A DNA stretch of 58,916 nt, counting the filler, from Sphacelaria rigidula (taxonomy: Eukaryota): assembly GCA_964200075.2 (NCBI GenBank). It is 9 parts of 9 records of this genome, joined end to end, with 100 filler letters (N's around TTAATTAATTAA, not from the genome) between each part and the next. Parts side by side here need not be neighbours in the genome. Positions count along the whole stretch, not along the records: positions 19,675 to 26,132 come from CAXNAA020019959.1; positions 26,233 to 32,690 come from CAXNAA020019960.1; positions 32,791 to 39,247 come from CAXNAA020019961.1; 6 more parts are not named here. The stretch is one strand, 5' to 3'. Each line of letters opens with the position of its first letter. Position 1 is the first letter of the stretch. The notes beneath the pieces were generated by a model. The model was not told where the DNA came from, made no database searches, and saw only the letters and a list, made by a program, of their open reading frames with translations. Made by a program: the position numbers and the translations under genes. Positions 24,230-36,569 of this stretch are shown in pieces.

Positions 24230-25900
24230 AATCCCCGGCAGCTCTTCATAACGTGAGAGCTATGCCTTCTAGCATGTCTCGAGTGCTATATCAGGGAATG
24301 GTTGTGCTTTCATTGGGCGTTTACGTACCTTCAATCTCTCTTCTCCAAGTGCATTGATGACAGCAGCTATGCTGTGAGGTGTGGAAGGGTCGTATGACGC
24401 GAGTATCGCCACCAGCGCGGAGCAGATGCCAGCGTGAGGAGGCGAGATTGCCAAAGAGCTAGGCTGGTTTCCGACGTGCATTGCACCTGCACCAGATCGC
24501 ACAGCATGGATAGTGGCGGGCGCGTGAGGTTGTGGGTGCTCACAGGGCGCCTGGCGCTGTACATAAATGACCATTGCATACGAGTCGACGATATTTCGAT
24601 TGTTATCGACTTGAGCGCGCACGCAGGCGGGGACGTGGCGACTTTGGGTCGCGAGAGTCCAACAAGTTTTCGTCACCTGTCTTGTCTGTGCATGAGTACC
24701 CACGTTGCCGCCCATGCTCATGGTGTGCGAATGATCTCACAGTGCGTGCATGTCGATGCCCTCAACTATGATTCTTTACTGGGGAGATGCGCAGGATTGC
24801 ACATGTAAAAAAACACGGCCCTGCTTCAAACCATCGCGAACTCAAGGTCTTGTCCCTTTGACCGCCGGATGTGTCCATTTTCAAATCGGCGCCGTGTTCA
24901 GTTTCTCTCAACTGAAAATGATGCCGGATCCATAAATGACTGCGGTAGTCAAAGGGTTGAGGCGCGCAAAACGTAGCGCTGCTGAGGAATGCCTAGCAGG
25001 ATATTGATCCTTGGTGATGAGTCCACGGGAGTTGGTGGGGTCGTGCTCGAATGCTGCACGGATAACGTTTAGGTCATGCTGTCTACGATGCAGGAACAAA
25101 GCCTGCCCACGATGCCAAGGATTGACACTTCGGGTGCAGCTACTGTTTTGGTTAGCGAGCATACCTCCATGCCCAGTGTCTTTTCATCGGGATGAGTCTT
25201 ACTTGGAACTGATGGTTCTGTTTATACACTAAGGCACCCCTGAACTGTCCGGAGTGCAGAGCTGCTTACATGACCCGGCTTCGTGTGTTTCAGGTATAGC
25301 AGTACCAAATGTCAGATGCGAGTTTCACAGAGGCCAGCGGCGCTGTCACCTATCGCCACCACTTGGCAATCGCATCTGAATGAACGCGAAGACCTGCTCT
25401 TCAACAACGAGGCATGGAGTAGGCAGTGCTTACCTTGTAGCTTAGCCGCAAGGGTGGACACCACATACCCCAGCACCACAGGCCGACGGCGCAGCACATG
25501 TCGGAGCGCAGCTTCGCTCTCGAGGTACTGGCGATTTCCGCTAGCATCACATACCAGGCGAGACACAGCCAGACCGGCCGTGCCATAAGCTTCCTCCATT
25601 CCTATCGCTACTATTTCCAACTTAGGGAGACTTTGATCGATCCAAGGTAGTTTGGGATAGCCTATTGGGGATGAGCGAGTGCCTGCGTAGATCTGGGACC
25701 AAGCTCAAACAAATGCAGGAGGTGCAGTCTCTCGTTGCCTTCTACTGCTCCAGTTGCGCCTGTGCCGTGCGGTTTGTATCCCAATTGTTCAAGACTGGCA
25801 GATCGATCCGCTGTGGTGCATTCTAAGTTACTTGATCCTCTATCTTCGCCTAGTAGCAACTTTAATCGACCAGAGTATCAAGTAGTGGTCCTTTCTCCTC
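24230..25900 (-). mobile_element. Decayed non-LTR retrotransposon C-terminal region (CRE/REL-endonuclease type)
   Basis: Stop-ridden frames ERLHLLHLFELGPRST, MARPVW, HAL*DHSHTMSMGGNVGTH (zinc-knuckle-like) and YDPST..ERLKVRK..PFPDIALETC (REL-like K..K..F.P.A.ET). Confidence 0.4.
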
Positions 25901-26132
25901 ATGCAGCAGCCCGTGCATTGCGCGCCCGCGCTGCTTGATACAACATGCACTGGGACGCGAAACCGTCGTCACATTTACTAAGCATTCGGGTTCAGACCCG
26001 CGACCCAGAGGAAGGATATAAAAAACAACCGCAGCTTTGTAATAGCCTTGATTGATTTTGATTATTTTGATTGTCGCACTTTAAGTGACCCCCCGGGGGT
26101 TCAGCTGTGGTCTCATGATAGACGTACCCAAG

Positions 26133-26232
26133 NNNNNNNNNNNNNNNNNNNNNNNNNNNNNNNNNNNNNNNNNNNNTTAATTAATTAANNNNNNNNNNNN
26201 NNNNNNNNNNNNNNNNNNNNNNNNNNNNNNNN
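26133..26232. other. Artificial contig spacer
   Basis: Same spacer. Confidence 0.98.
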
Positions 26233-26266
26233 ACTAAGGCAAGCAACAAATGAGTACGCCCCCCCC
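26233..26266 (+). mobile_element. Extreme 3' end of the abundant LINE
   Basis: actaaggcaagcaacaaatgagtacgcccc is the reverse complement of ~37083-37112. Confidence 0.75.
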
Positions 26267-26494
26267 TACCCTACCCTGCTCTCGAAACAAACACCGCAAC
26301 GTGGTGCACAGTTACAAACAAAAAGGTTAAATAAAGCGTTGTTACCTACTAGGACAAAGAATGTGAAACTTACGACAACTGGTCGACCTACCTGTATACC
26401 ACATACAGCTTGCGATTCCGAGATATTCTCGCTATGCAAACACAAGCCTCACACCATGCATGTACTAAATGAACGAGCGTTGCACCTGAGTACG

Positions 26495-26538
<44 letters not shown>

Positions 26539-26697
26539 CCTCTCCATCCCTCCCCTTCCGTGCTCTCTCGCTGACAGCATCTGTCAATCTCCCTGTCCAG
26601 CTTGCAGTCTATCTGCCTGCCTGCCTGCCTGCCTGTGTACGCTCGTGACCTTCTCTCATTCTCACCCTCTCCGCCGCAGTTTCCACGATAAGCCTAC

Positions 26698-29678
26698 CGG
26701 TCTCTCCCGCCTCGGGGCCGTGTAGCAGCACTGCCGGACGCGACCTCGCCGCGACGAGACGGTGTCCCTCCGGACCAGCCAGCGGCGCCAAGGCAGCAAC
26801 AAGCGGTCCTACGCATCGCTCGTCCTGCTCAGAAAATAAAAACACAAAACATCGAACAAGAGGAGAACACGCACGGTCGGTTAAGCACTTGGTAGGTCTA
26901 CACCTCGAATACTCTCTAACGAGTTATTCCCGTGTGTTCACCTCGCGTACTACGTATCTTGTGACCAACGACGGCTGCATTCGCAGCCCATCAGCTCATG
27001 TGCGACGATCTGCGAAGATCAATCATCCGATCAAATCACACATACATACGTACGATCCAGGTATATTAGCATAATACATGCTTGACACGTTGGTCGTTGT
27101 ACGTGATGTTCATGTGCGGGTACACGAAAGAATCCTGTCGAAAATGAACAATACATGGAAGCCCTGGATTCGCAAAAAAAATGATCGGTTTAACGAAACA
27201 GCCACACGCCGATTTTCCGTGAAGCAGGACACTCGAAAGTATCGAGAAAAGGGAGAGATACACGAAGCAAATCGCCGGCTGGGTATCATGGTTTTGGCGG
27301 AGATTTTTACGCTAGGGTGAGGGTTAGGGTTGGGGTAGCCCTAACCTCAAAACAGTGTTTGTAACTCCACGAACGCGCGAGGAACCATCCCGACATGCCA
27401 TAGGGAACACGGATTCATCCAAACACTGAGAAAAACATCAATACTACCTGGGTAACATGAAAGCCATTGATTTTCCCCTTCCCGGCGCTGCTGGCACATG
27501 ATATACCGGTGCGCTGCCAGCGATCCATTGCCTAACACGCCAAAACAAGCCTCTTTACCCGGTAACACGCCACTTTCACCATTTGTTGCCCGTAGCATAT
27601 CCACGACTGCAAACATGTGCTCATTTGTATATTTCCATATCCGCCCATAATTCACCACCCCGCTCCCCCCGCTTCCAAGGACCAGTCCGTAATCTCTGAG
27701 GATCAACTCATCTCTCCTCCGGTACTTGTCTTCCACTATTTTTTCCAGGCATCGATTGGATTAGCACTCCCTCGACCCGTAGGCTTTCATCGACTCATAT
27801 GACGTTTTTCGTGAGGGGGAAAAAAGAGAAAAGAAAAGAAGACGATACGATCGTCTGCTACATCCATTAACATTAATCAAAATCCGTAATGACCGGTGCA
27901 TTCCTTTTCATTTCTTTCATTCCGGGCGAAACTCTTCGACCGCATATGTCATGGATTGCGTTCGTTCAATTGGCGCCGCGGGCAGTCCTTTTGTGAACTT
28001 GTACATAGTTATACACCAGCCTTCCTCTACCTGCCACTGCCCCCCTTCCCCTCCCCCGGTCATGATGCCACTCACCTGTGGTGGGCGATGAGGGGGACAC
28101 GGGTAACCCTGAGCACGGCAAGCGAACACATGATACCAAGCACTGTCCGGTACAGCCGAGCACACGCTCCCTCCCTGTCTCAGCGCCGTGACTGACCGAC
28201 TCACGACCATGGCGCACCAATCTCCCGGACGGCAATCGCCGCCTCCCCCGTTCCCATCTCCTGACCCAGTCCAACCAGCATCACCGCCGCTTCTGCCTCC
28301 TCCTCCTCCTCCTCCTCCCCCTCCTCCTCCGGAGTTCATGCTAGGGCCGCCCTGCAAACGAGCACGGTCCATGGATTCCGCTTCGTTCGACGCCGGCACG
28401 TTGTCGTCTTGTCCGGCGCCGCTCCCGTCTTGTCCGGCGACGCTGCGTCCCTGTCGCTCAAGGCCGGTGACACTAAAATAGACGAGCTCCGAACCCTGTC
28501 TCACGATGGCTTCATCGAATCTCCGCTCTTCCGCGCTGCTGCGTCGCCGCCGGCGTCGCCGCTGCGGCTGGGGCTGCTGAGACCCCTCCGCACTCACCGT
28601 CCGGCGCCTGTGATCATCAACAACACCACGATCAGAATTGTCGCCATCGGAGTCATTACCCCATGCACCGTCTTCTGCATTTTCTTCCAAGCTTTCTCTT
28701 CGATCATGACTGGTCGCCATCTCTTGTTTTTCCTCTCCATTATCGTGGTGGCCGCCATCTTCTTCCCCCACCAGGTCTTCCCACCAGCATCCCGCAGCAC
28801 CCCCAACCCCACCCCCACCCCCACCGGGGCAAGGTACTGAAACCCCGAAAACGTCCCCGACCCTCAAAATCCGGGGAGTGGAAAAGAACGCCATCAGTGC
28901 CAGCGCGTGTGCACGCGCCTGCTTTGCCGTACTACTGCCTCTCCTACCGCCACCATCGCCGCTCGGTCTTGGCCGCTTTACAGCGGACACAGAGGCCGTG
29001 CGGGCCACCGGGGGAGGCTGGTGTAGCAGTCGTCGAGGCGCCTGCAGATCCGTGCGAGACTCCTGTCGCCCCCGTAGTAATGATGATAGAGGTGGAGGTG
29101 GTCTGTGAGGTTGTTGTTGTTCATGGTGCTGTTCTCGTCGTAGGTGGATGTGCGCGGAGAACGGCCCCAAACCGGCGTTGAATGCCAGTGACGGTGGGAG
29201 CAATATCTCGTCGTGTTTCAACATCATGTCCGTATCGTGTTTGCTGTGAGAAGAAAAGTCGACGCTCGTTGCAATGACCCTGCACAAGATTCCCACTTCT
29301 CGTTCTATACGTTGCTGATTTCCGAGTGCGCTGCTGCGCACCTTGTTGTGGCCGTGGTCGTCGTTGCTGTGGTCGTCGTGGCTCCTGTTGCCGCCGCCTT
29401 CGCTGTAAACAAGCTCTGCGGATGGTTGCTGCTGTTGCTTCTGTTCGTGCGTTGTTGCGGACAGGGATGGCTGCCGATCACTGTGATTGGCGATCCTCAA
29501 CGATATGGTCATACCTGGTCGGCCGCTGCTGCTGCGACTGTGCGGTGTCGGCGATTGAGTTGCGTTCGAAGTTGCGGGTGTCAGCCGCGCCCAACCCCCG
29601 CTCAGAATACCCAGAGCAAGGAGGCATCGGGGTGTCACGCCGACCTCGGTCAGTGGGTCGCGCACTATGTCGTCATCG
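26698..29678 (-). CDS. PEX6: Peroxisomal AAA ATPase PEX6-like, internal exons 29678-28076 and 26824-26698 (partial)
   Basis: FFSTPRILRVGDVFGV, LVYFSVTGLE and VSRSVTALRQGGSVCSAVP match the PEX6 N2 motif order; phase-0 splice (CAG|gtgagt...gagcag|GAC) leads to PLVAALAP..PAVLLHGPEAGETG, the start of D1. Confidence 0.75.
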
Positions 29679-30473
29679 CTGAGTTATGGGGGGGTTGGCG
29701 GTGCAGGTTTTGAGCACAGCAGAGGGATCGAGAAGCACGGCAACAGGAAGGGAGATCGTAAGCCGGCCTCAAGAACAACACACATACGGACGATGCGGTA
29801 TTATGACGGTGGGCTGAGGACGTATCGTGTGTCATGATCACCTTCGGCCGAAGAATTTTCTGCTTCACCGCCAATGCCAAGTCCCGAGACTATTATCATA
29901 GCAGCGCAGCGAAGAGGGGGTGAAGGCATGAAGAACGACAGCACATTCAAAATCAAGAAGAAATCACAGCATGTAGTTCAGTCAAATCACCTGACACATA
30001 TTCTCAAGCGTGCCAATTGACGTGCCTTCCCCACTACCAGGAGCACGGTGCGTCAGTCTCTAAACCACAACAAAACATAGCGGAAACGGGAATAGAACTG
30101 TACGCGCGCGAACAAAGATCAGTGGTTCCTATACAGTACTAAAACTTTACGAGCTAACTTCTAAACTATTCTCTTTCCAAAAGTCTACCGCATTTCGCGA
30201 CAAACGAAGGCAAGTAGAGTGCTTCTAGCCCGGGAAAAAACCGCGCCCGCGCGCTGGTCGGCCTCGTCGCTATCGAGCTGTAAAGTATTCGTCCATGTAC
30301 GTTGCCGCGGTCATCTCGACGCCAGGGAATAGGGGGGGGGGGGGGGGGGGAAAACAACCCGGGGTGTTTGAAAAAAAAAAAAAACATAAAAAAAGAGGGG
30401 GGTGTTCTCCCCTTAAATAAANNNNNNNNNNGGGTCTGGTAGTCGTGGTGGTGGGGGGGGGGCGGGGGGGCGG

Positions 30474-30508
<35 letters not shown>

Positions 30509-30944
30509 AATGAACCCTGGGTGTTTGACAACGAAAACAATCTTACATGAATAAGGGGGTGTTTCCACCTGTAATATACGCAGTCGACACGGCATACTCG
30601 TGCTTCGCGAGAGCATGATGTGGTATAGTATGGTGAGCACAAGTTTGTAGTTATTTGCAAGTTAGACGGCAGCTTGAACCTCTGCAGCACCTTGGTGTAG
30701 TGCGATGCACAGTGTCCAGGGGAACAAAACACAATGGAAATATCTACAAATATCTACCCACGGACTAATGTACCGGCAACATGTGGCACGGTGTAATTGT
30801 GTCCCAACTACGAGTTGTGTTGAGATTCCGAGTGTTTCCCTGGTTGATTTTTCAGGTCATCATAGTCATTCACTTCCAAGTATCAAGTCGAAGATTGCTC
30901 GGTACAACGCCGCTCCCACCCATTCTAATTTCCAACTTCAATTT

Positions 30945-31194
30945 CGATTCTACGATACCCCCCCCCCCCAAAGTGCATGGTTCAGGGAGGCAAAGTCTTA
31001 ACGTGAATCGAGATGCAAAAAAGACGAGCGCAACGAGCAGCTGGGAATTTCCGCGCTTGGTTCGTTCTCGCCAATGCCGCCAATATGAGGCGTTTCATGC
31101 GGCTTGAACCCAAACATCAGGCGCTGTATGGCCATTTTTTTCGTGCCACTGCTGGGCTTTTTTTTTCGGGGGGGGAGTTATTGTAGAAAGTGTC
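30945..31194. mobile_element. MITE-like dispersed repeat; inverted partial copy at 52231-52360
   Basis: Termini TTCTACGATACCCCCC / GGGGGGAGTTATTGTAGAA; core gaacccaaacatcaggcgctgtatggccattttttt is shared with contig 8. Confidence 0.7.
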
Positions 31195-31395
31195 GGCCAC
31201 TGAAGTCTGTTCCTGGGTTGGACCTGCCACCCGTACTACTTCCTCTGTCCCCCAAGATAAGCTCGTTTGGAAAATCTCATTGGATGAGCCCATGGTGAAA
31301 TATTGCGATTATGTACCCAATACAGTTGTTTTCGACATACGGACCTCCAACATGTCCTCCACATATGGTTGCCATCATGTAATATATACATATTA

Positions 31396-32075
31396 GCCCC
31401 AGGGGATCACATGTTATCATCCCCGGCGTGAAAAAATCACAAAATGGGCTTATGTAGTGAGATTTTCTGAAGGAGAGCCAGAGTTTTGGCAGAACTGTGG
31501 CTTAATGTGCGATACGGGGGGTACGAAATACCTTTTTTTCAGGGGTCTACACGTTACACGTGACACTTTAACGTGACATGTTCGAAAAAACGTAGTTTCG
31601 GGTCATTTAACGCTGCGTAAGGTTTGATTTTTCGCATAGGGCAACTGTAACGTAACGTGATGCAAGGTGTGGGTGGCCCTTCGAATGAACCCTGACGCAG
31701 CGTTTTGCTTTCCAAATGTGACGAAAACTCTGCTTGTTTTTGTGAATTTGTAACGTGTCACGTGTCACGTTACAAATTCACAAAATTAGCCTTTTTTTCC
31801 ATGTGGGAAATTCCAAGAGACACTGCTTCAAGGACCATACGTTACATCACGCTGCGTTATATTTGCCCTGTGCAAAAACTCGAACCTTACATAGCGTGTT
31901 TCATGACCCGAAGTAACGTTTTTTTCCAAATGTGTCACGTGTGTAACGTGTATAACCCTGTTTTTTTCGATGCTCAGACCCACGCTAGTGTGTTTCGAGG
32001 TGTTGGGGACATGTGTGAGAACAATAAGACCCTCCAGACCCGGGGACATGATTATGTTGTCCCCGGGATGGGCGC
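31396..32075. mobile_element. Putative MITE with internal GTCACGTTAC/GTAACGTGAC motifs
   Basis: Imperfect ~30-bp terminal inverted repeats (ccccaggggatcacatgttatcatccccgg / ccggggacatgattatgttgtccccggg). Confidence 0.5.
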
Positions 32076-32690
32076 GTATACCCCCGAATCCGGTATGTTG
32101 CGTGCTCACATAGTGCTGTGGTGGCGTCAGACTGAAAAATGACGGTTTCGGGCGGTTCTCCGAAACGCCTCGGGAACCATGGAAAAAGACGTTTCTCTAA
32201 AAATCGATGGGAAGGCTGTCAACCGGTAGATTCCGGTTGTGCACGACCGACACGCTCTGATCGCTGTGAGTGTAGCTGCTTGTCTATTGGGGGCTCGGCA
32301 CAAGCCTCGGTTTTGAGTTCTGCTCCAAAACCTTCAGGACAACAACAAAAAAACGCTCGGGAAAAGCCGAAAATACGCACGAGAAATGCAGCAAAATCTC
32401 CAAACGGGCTCATCTTATGGGACAGAGGAAGTACTTCCTCTGTTCCATAAGTTAAGTTATCTAAATTTGTACGGGCCCTTAACGATGTCCGATCGTTTTC
32501 GTTTTTTTTATGAACTCTACCGTGTTTTTGGGGTTGACAAAATGTGTTTAAAATCTGCAGCTCGTGCTTGAACCATGCCGCCGAACGGCTGCAAAAAAAG
32601 TAGTTAGCCCAAAAATGGCCGTTTTTTGCCCCTTTCCGAGGGGAGAAGAAGTGTCGTTTTTTTTTTATCACGTGTGACTTCCTGGCAGCA

Positions 32691-32790
32691 NNNNNNNNNN
32701 NNNNNNNNNNNNNNNNNNNNNNNNNNNNNNNNNNTTAATTAATTAANNNNNNNNNNNNNNNNNNNNNNNNNNNNNNNNNNNNNNNNNNNN
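32691..32790. other. Artificial contig spacer
   Basis: Same spacer. Confidence 0.98.
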
Positions 32791-34746
32791 AGTTACAGTA
32801 GAACTTGGGTGCTCTTCAATAAAATATCTCAAACCATTATCCTGTGCCTGAGCCAAGGAATAGACCTTTCAGGGGTACGGTAGACATTTTCGATATACTT
32901 ACAGGTTTTTGCGATAGCTAGCAATGAAAATGGGTGTGAGGAGCGCCCCGATTGAAATCAGCCGAAGAACTAAAACATGGGAAATGTCTTGTCTAACTGT
33001 ACTGCAGCACAAACACACTCACTTGCGCTCTCATGTGCTGTAGTCATCACTGTTCTGGGGTGTGTTTAGACCTTGCGAAGACGGTTTGGTCCCCGCTGAG
33101 ATTGCTTGATGTGCTGTATTGTTGTGTTCGTCTCTCTGTAACATGTAGTATCAGTCTGAGATCAGTGATGTCTACACAATTGATTGTTGAAAAATTAATG
33201 TCACCCGGACCCGTCACTTGCGCGATTCCGAACACGGCTGGGTAGCGGCACACAACCAGCATCAGTATACACCGCTCGACCGGCTGGGCCACACCCCATG
33301 CTCCAATTAAAGGAGCGACGCACAGCACAGTGCGAATATACTGCACCGCCAGGGTACTGCTTGCACCCGTCAGCATGACGGCTGCTGCCGCTGGCATCGG
33401 CGCCAGCGCTCGTGGCCACGGCAAGATTAATCTAGCAACAAGAGAAGCTGATGCAAACTATTGTATACAGTCCGTCTTCAGGTTCCGAAACAAAAAAAAC
33501 ACGGTAGAACCAAGGTAGAACTGCCATGTTGTCTCGTGTTCTGTGTAGTACTCTGCACTCCATACACCACTGCACAGTTATCTTGTTTTCAGTATACTAC
33601 CCTGTACTTCATACAATGGAGTCATCTCTTGAGCAGTTTGTCGAAAAGTTCTCCATGTTTTTTCAAAAGTTCTCCTTGTTTTTTCAAAAGTATTCCGAAA
33701 AAACGAGAGTGTTTTCTGTCACAGAAATCTAATGCCGAATCTTGAATAGTCCGAGACAACAACCAATTTGAAAATTGGAACCACGAGAAGCGCGAGAAGA
33801 CTGAATCAGTACAGGAAGCCGACTCAGCTGTGAATTGCGTCACGAGCGTGGGCACAGGAATCGTGTTCGGGTTGTGTACAATCATGAATAACAGGGGCTA
33901 CGTTATGATCGTCACGGACAGGCCGCGAGAGCACCGATCGAGAGCAAGCCGGCATCACTCCTGGGTCCGCCGGAATCAATGCAATTTGTGTAGCAGTTCT
34001 TCACCCTCGTGAACAAACTCCTCCAGAGATAGGGGGGTCGATAAAACGGCTGATGAGCCCGGCATACCGACCGCCTGATGCGAACCCGGCGCATGGTCAA
34101 GAGTAGCAGTTCGGCTCGAAGCCAGCGCGCAAGACAACTCTCCCCTGTGGAGTACGAGGGAAATACATGTATAATAGGATTACTGCTTCGGAGACCATAG
34201 GGGGTGTTGAAATTCGTGCCTGTTTACTGGTGCTGAACCGATGCGCAGGTGATGTCGGTCTATTTTGGAGGTGTGGTGTTTCGCCCGTAGTTGCATGCAC
34301 ACACCCGAACCTTCGATTCGCTCGCATTCTGGTGTACGATACTCTGACCTTGAGGGTAAAGACACAAGGATTTCTTACGCTTTTCAACGGAGTTGCCGTC
34401 CTGATGAAGACAAGAGACCATTACGGAACCATAATGTTGGGATGCTCGAGACTTTCGTTGAAGGGGGAAATCAGAAACTATTTCACCTCGAAACACACAC
34501 AATAAGTGAATGAGCAACGATGAGCAAGGACCGGGGCACAGGGAGACTCGCTCCAGTATGAACGTACAAGACCAAGAGCATGCCTACTTTTGTCCTAGCC
34601 CCCACCCCCCGCTGACACCGGATACGTGACACCACCACACCATCAACTAGATGTAAGAAACACACGAATGACGAACCCGACCATTACACAATACACACGC
34701 ACTCACGCTACCTAAATACACACGCGCCACCTACATAGTTACGCAC

Positions 34747-35723
34747 TATGGCTGGCCCTTAGCAATCCCAGCCTCGTCTCGTCGACCCCCCCCGCCCCCC
34801 CCCCCCCCACCCTTCCCATGCCACTTGGAATCATGAGCGATGAGGCCGGGCTTGCCGATAGGATGTGAGAGTTGTCTCGAAGTGGGCTGGTGCTGGTGCT
34901 CCTAAGACCTCCGCCAACCCCACCGACGCTGCCGCCAGTTCCATTTTCCATAACGAAAGATCCACCTGCCGTGTCTCGACCCAAAAGGCGCTGGGTATCG
35001 CTCTGTCGGCGCTCTCGCACGGTCGCGGATTCTGCCGGAAAAAAATGTTGTGCGGCGGAGAAGAAAGATACAAAACAAGGGCAAGTCACTTCGAATTTTC
35101 TGCAAGTTGGCTTTTTGAGGGTGCAAATTAGGCATGCACCGGAGTACGTCTTCACAGTAGTGCTTCTCGTGTATACGATAGACGAGCATTTTTGCGAGAT
35201 AGAAAAGAGAAGAAAACGAAAAAGTATCCGCCTGAGAAAGCAGGCCATTCGTGTTTCTTGCCGGAGTTGTGTTCGTACAAACAGCGATGAATGAACGACA
35301 AACGACCCGCCCGAAAAAATTGAAACGAGAGATCACGCACTTTCGGAACGCTGGTAATGTTTCATCACAGAAGGCACCATGCATCTTTCGCACAAACCCT
35401 CACACAAATAAAAAAAGAAAGGAGAAACCGGGAATATACTACCAGATACGGACCAAAACACCGGTTGCTCCCCCTCCGGCAGCGCACACGCACACGAAAA
35501 CTCGACTTGGAGAGTTACGACAAAATGGTGCACAAAATCAAATGGACAAACCAAGTAAGGACGGACAGCGACACGTACGGGATATGGAGTCTCCCAACTC
35601 CACGTCCCCATCCGAATCCGTATCGCCGCTATCGTCTCGCTCGTCGGCCGCAATCGGCCGCCTTCGAACCTTGGACACCGCCGCCGCCGCTAACCCGCAT
35701 GCGTCCCGGCAGCGGTAGCCCAT
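34747..35723 (-). CDS. First two exons (35723-35579, 35031-~34747) of an unidentified gene
   Basis: ATG at 35723 (MGYRCRDACG..DDSGDTDSDGD); C|gtacgt donor and ggcag|AA acceptor are phase-compatible (..SIS|QSATVRERRQ..). Confidence 0.5.
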
Positions 35724-36569
35724 GACATCTTCCCAGATGTCCGCCGGAAATACGACCCTCGTGGGTAAGAAGCAGTCAAGTCGAAACCGTCGACCGCCGT
35801 TTCGGGCACCACCAAAAACCTCGCTGGTTTCGCGATTGGAGAAAAGGGGAAGAGGCGGTCGCCGGTTGGATGAACTATCAATAGGAGACTTGCTCACCTT
35901 GAACAAAAATAGAAGGTGGAACACGCGCGTTGAAAGGACTGCTTCTACGAATAACCAGCTACTCTTGTTCCGCCACCACAGCAATCGATAATATTCAGGG
36001 CAAACATCGCCATCCCAACGCCCCCGTCTTGCGGACCACAACTCATTGCTTGCCTCATGAACCAGGGATTCTCAACCCGGGATAAACTCTTCCTCTTCAC
36101 TCTTCATGATGGAACACAGTATAATCGATGAGAGACATAGCTCGAGCGTGAAAAGTTTCAACAAGTTCCAAGCACAGAATTGCAGAATGCTGTAGAGGCA
36201 GAAAAATAACCGAGTTTCGGGGAACTGATGACAACATCTAATGCTGGGAACGCATGGCAAAACAGGTACGCAAGCGATCACACGGCAGTACGAGGTGAAG
36301 ACGAAAAAAAAATCAGCATACATCGGTGTTCACATTATCTCAGCAGTCCGCCACAAAACATGTTTTTGCCAACCTCTTCCGTGCGCAATTGCGTGGTCCG
36401 TTGACAACCGTTGTGGAAACAGGTTGTGAAATCCAAACTCCTCATTTCCCGCCCCATTCCCGTGCGTCCACATGACTTGCTTGTGATGGACAGGCAACTT
36501 GAGACAACTGCGGTACTTTGCGGCAAAATAATTGCATCACCGACACAGCCTACATGTAGCGACCCAAAA

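Noticed and set aside
30166..30732. Polyproline ORFs and G-quadruplex tract
   Set aside because: They derive from poly-G runs flanking a 10-N gap; low-quality homopolymer sequence (likewise the poly-C at ~26496-26537)
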